DNA of 64,000 nucleotides from Hormiphora californensis (lineage: Eukaryota > Animalia > Ctenophora): assembly GCA_020137815.1 (NCBI GenBank), contig CM035357.1, positions 6,944,001-7,008,000 of the forward strand. Reading direction: 5' to 3'. A program made the translations under genes and the position numbers. Positions within the stretch are counted from its first letter, which is position 1, and the number at the start of each line of letters is the position of its first letter. Of this stretch, positions 61,260 through 64,000 are shown one piece after another. Under the pieces are notes generated by a model. That model made no database searches. It saw only the letters and a program-made list of their open reading frames with translations, and was not told the DNA's origin.

Positions 61260-63545
61260 TAGGGGTTGCTAAGTCGGAATGAATCGCCATGAATCATATT
61301 TCCTGTTATTCATTGGGTAATTATCTACTGATATCCGGAGTTTCAGCCCAAACGGTTGAGCCACTCAGGATCGCAAGCCACTTTTGTGACCCTTGTTTTT
61401 GCTGTTTATTGCAGTGCACATGGGTTGTATTCGTGCACATACGGTTGTATAGTATAAAATTGGGTCTTTATAGTCAAATATCGCTATGAATCATATTTCC
61501 TGTTATTGATTGGGTAATTATGTACAGATATCCGGAGTTTCAGCCCAAACGGTTGAGCCACTCAGGATCGCAAGCCACTTTTGTGACCCTTGTTTTTGGT
61601 GAAAAATCGGGAAAAATCGAAAAAAAAATTTAAAATTTTAAAATTTCAAAACACGGAAATTAGTTCATAGAACATCTAAAGGGGTGAGAGGGGTGACCTC
61701 GCTCCGACTTCTGTGCTCCAAGCACGGGTGTGACAGGGTTCCACATGAGGGGTGAGTGACATGGATTTCTTTAGATTTAGCTTGAAAAAGCATCGGTTTT
61801 GGGACCGTTCCCTCCTCCCAATAGCTTGTTGACATAGCCCAAAACCAAGCTAGCGGAGGGGGATTAAGAGCTCAACGGGCATACGATGGTGATGTATGAC
61901 TTTTGGTGAAGGTGAAGTTTTTTGTCAGAGTGTCAAATCCGGGTTCCTTTATAGGCCAGTCATATGACGTTGTGAAATGGAACTAATTGATCTAAAAGCG
62001 ATTCCACTTCCAGGGCACTCCAATGGGTCTCTACAACCACCAAAAAAATTTACCGCGGGTACCGCGATGGAGAAATCGGTCATTTCCGGGTTTATTTTGC
62101 ACCTGCATAAATATAGCCTAGGACGAATGCGATATACGGTAAAAACCGTCTTTGGAAACAAGTAGAAAAGAAATCAAGGGCACTAAAGTGTGTAGCGTCC
62201 TCGCATTAGTGGGGGTAGGTGCTGGAATTAAGTCTCTATCTTATCAGGTTAATTAGATAATTGGATAATTAGATGTGCACATAGCCGTTTTATGGTTATA
62301 CGGTAAAAACCATCTTTGGAATGGAGTAGAGAAAAAACCGAGGGTACTAGAGTGATCAGCGTCCTCGAATTAGTGGGGGTAGGTACCAAAATTAAGTTCC
62401 TATCTCATCGCGTTAATTAGTTAATTGGATAATTAGGTATGCGCATAACCGTTTTTAGGTTACATGGCTATAGCCACTTAGGAATGGTTTAGAGACTTTT
62501 CATTGGTGCCATTTTGTAGGCAATAGCCAAGTTATGGGGGGTCGACGTCGGACTTTTAAGCTCTATATTCAACCATTTAGCCGTTATATATATGCTCAAA
62601 ATCGGTCTTTTTACCGCTTTGTTGCTCACTTTGAGCACCTTTAAAGCCAAATAACGGCTAAACGGTTGAATTTAGAGCTTAAAAGTCCGACGTCGACCCC
62701 CAATAACTTGGCTATTGCCTACAAAATGGCACCAATGAAAAGTCTCTAAACCATTCCTAAGTGGCTATAGCCATGTAACCTAAAAACGGTTATGCACATA
62801 CCTAATTATCCAATTATCTAATTAACGCGATGAGATAGGAACTTAATTTTGGTACCTACCCCCACTAATTCGAGGACGCTGATCACTCTAGTACCCTCGG
62901 TTTTTTCTCTACTCCATTCCAAAGATGGTTTTTACCGTATAACCATAAAACGGCTATGTGTGCATCTAATTATCCAATTATCTAATTAACCTGATAAGAT
63001 AGAGACTTAATTCCAGCACCTACCCCCACTAATGCGAGGACGCTACACACTTTAGTGCCCTTGATTTCTTTTCTACTTGTTTCCAAAGACGGTTTTTACC
63101 GTACATCGCATTCGTCCTAGCCTATATTTATGCAGGTGCAAAATAAACCCGAAAATGACCGATTTCTCCATCGCGGTACCCGCGGTAAATTTTTTTGGTG
63201 GTTGTAGAGACCCATTGGAGGGCCCTGGAAGTGGAATCGCTTTTAGATCAATTACTTCCTTTTTCAGCGATATATCGACGTCATATGACTGGCCTATTAG
63301 TACTGCATGGGGGATCTCGTTAGCCAATAGGGAGGGAGGAGGGAACGGTCCAAAAACCGATGCTTTTTCAAGCTAAATCTAAAGAAATCCATGTCACTCA
63401 CCCCTCATGTGGAACCCTGTCACACCCGTGCTTGGAGCACAGAAGTCGGAGCGAGGTCACCCCTCTCACCCCTTCATAGAACATCCCAATACATGTGCAA
63501 GACTTTAAAATTGAGTATTCAAAAATTTCAACTTAGCAACCCCTA
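61260..63545. mobile_element. 2.3-kb foldback element with TAG...CTA ends and asymmetric arms
   Basis: TAGGGGTTGCTAAGT...ACTTAGCAACCCCTA; palindrome 61680-63474; an internal direct repeat (61285-61400 vs 61483-61598) is in the left arm only. Confidence 0.8.
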
Positions 63546-63882
63546 GTAATAGTATTTATACATTAAACTGGTGTTCTTTACTCGTATACCCCTCCTTTGT
63601 TATAATGACCCTTTTCTTACCTCAAAACCTTTGATAAAATCCAAACAATTATCCTAGCTATGAAATATCTGCCATGGGAGATAGTGAGGTTATGATAGAA
63701 ACACCTAAACACACCTAAAAACACATAAAACAGCTATAAACCGACTGAAAACATCTAAAACGCGATTTTTGTTAATTTTGTTAATTTTGTTAATTTTGTT
63801 AATGTTTCACCAAGGGTCGTTTGTTAATTAACAAAACATTAACAAAATTAACATGACGACCCCCCCATCTTTCTGATTTTCA

Positions 63883-64000
<118 letters not shown>

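Larger units (their letters stand above)
58342..63866. mobile_element. 5.5-kb composite TIR element with 8-bp TSD, containing nested elements
   Basis: ATCTTTCT-GGGGGGGTCGTCATGTTAAT...ATTAACATGACGACCCCCCC-ATCTTTCT. Confidence 0.82.

Overview
Eukaryotic (animal) genomic DNA with many GT-AG introns, long (GA)n/(CT)n microsatellites and a high density of palindromic DNA-transposon derivatives. The repeat types resemble those I associate with cydippid ctenophores; this is an impression, not a database result. Genes: the 5' part of a NEK-type kinase (-), two rhodopsin-class GPCRs (one spliced on +, one intronless and frameshifted on -), an SLC1/EAAT-type glutamate transporter (+), a disrupted cytochrome P450 (-), a disrupted TSSC4-like gene (+), cystinosin (+) and the 5' half of an ABCB1-type transporter (+). 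Mobile DNA: a very young Ty3/Gypsy LTR element (3810-10404) with an in-frame RT/RNase H deletion, a 5'-truncated CR1/L2-group LINE split by a foldback MITE, and about ten foldback/MITE elements, four nested inside a 5.5-kb TIR element. The most interesting signals are in the Gypsy element: about 14 hairpins in both UTRs that share a GGAYT loop on unrelated stems, and two apparent copies of its tRNA-Leu primer (an LTR-PBS-R/U5-PBS duplication and T-arm-like filler at the pol deletion). A CLEAR-type motif cluster lies upstream of cystinosin. Parts of the consensus look error-prone, so some frameshifts may be artefacts.
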